From NCBI RefSeq assembly GCF_001194135.2, contig NC_068996.1, forward strand, positions 9,378,128 through 9,442,127: a stretch of 64,000 nt of DNA, written 5' to 3'. A model generated the notes under the pieces. It was given only the letters and a program-made list of their open reading frames with translations, was not told the DNA's origin and made no database searches. The stretch comes from Octopus bimaculoides. Its lineage: Eukaryota. Below are positions 63,649-64,000 of this stretch, one piece after another. Within the stretch, counting starts at the first letter, position 1. Every line of letters starts with the position of its first letter. A program made the translations under genes and the position numbers.

Positions 63649-64000
63649 GTATGTTTGTATATAAATATATGTATGTTTGTATATAAATGTATGTATGTAT
63701 GTATATATATATATATGTATGTATGTATGTATATGTATGTATGTATATATATGTATGTATATATCATCATCATCATCATCATCATCATCGTTTAACGTCT
63801 GCTTTCCATGCTAGCATGGGTTGGACGATTTGACTGAGGACTGGTGAAACCGGATGGCAACACCAGGCTCCAGTCTGATTTGGCAGAGTTTCTACAGCTG
63901 GATGCCCTTCCTAACGCCAACCACTCAGAGAGTGTAGTGGGTGCTTTTACGTGTCACCCGCACGAAAACGGCCACGCTCGAAATGGTGTCTTTTATGTGC

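Noticed and set aside
63835-63856. CTGAGGA-CTGGT-GAAAC in family D copies resembling a hammerhead core
   Set aside because: No stem II closing pair and no GUH after stem III.

Overview
Eukaryotic, AT-rich, repeat-dense genomic DNA with many assembly gaps, most of them next to (AT)n or (AC)n tracts. From memory, the SINE and RTE repeat content resembles an Octopus genome; this is inference and was not checked. The only host gene I can support is a + strand Kruppel-like factor, closest to the KLF3/8/12 group. Its first zinc-finger exon is at 62089-62291, and a phase-compatible 91-nt exon lies 33.4 kb upstream at 28577-28667. The rest is largely intronic and filled with tRNA-head SINEs, RTE and R4/Dong-clade (RLE) LINE fragments, a decayed mariner, and Tc1-, hAT- and piggyBac-type MITEs. 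The most notable signal is at 30357-30815: a 1.4-mer of a 331-nt, highly structured repeat unit carrying a type I hammerhead ribozyme motif (30594-30638), the architecture of a retrozyme-like (self-cleaving, circular-RNA) retroelement, lying in the sense strand of the KLF intron. Three more hammerhead-like motifs (24533, 25764, about 49389) are also on the sense strand; one of them sits in the loop of a roughly 125-bp inverted repeat. All structures were folded by eye. Repeat boundaries are approximate unless TSDs or TIRs are quoted.
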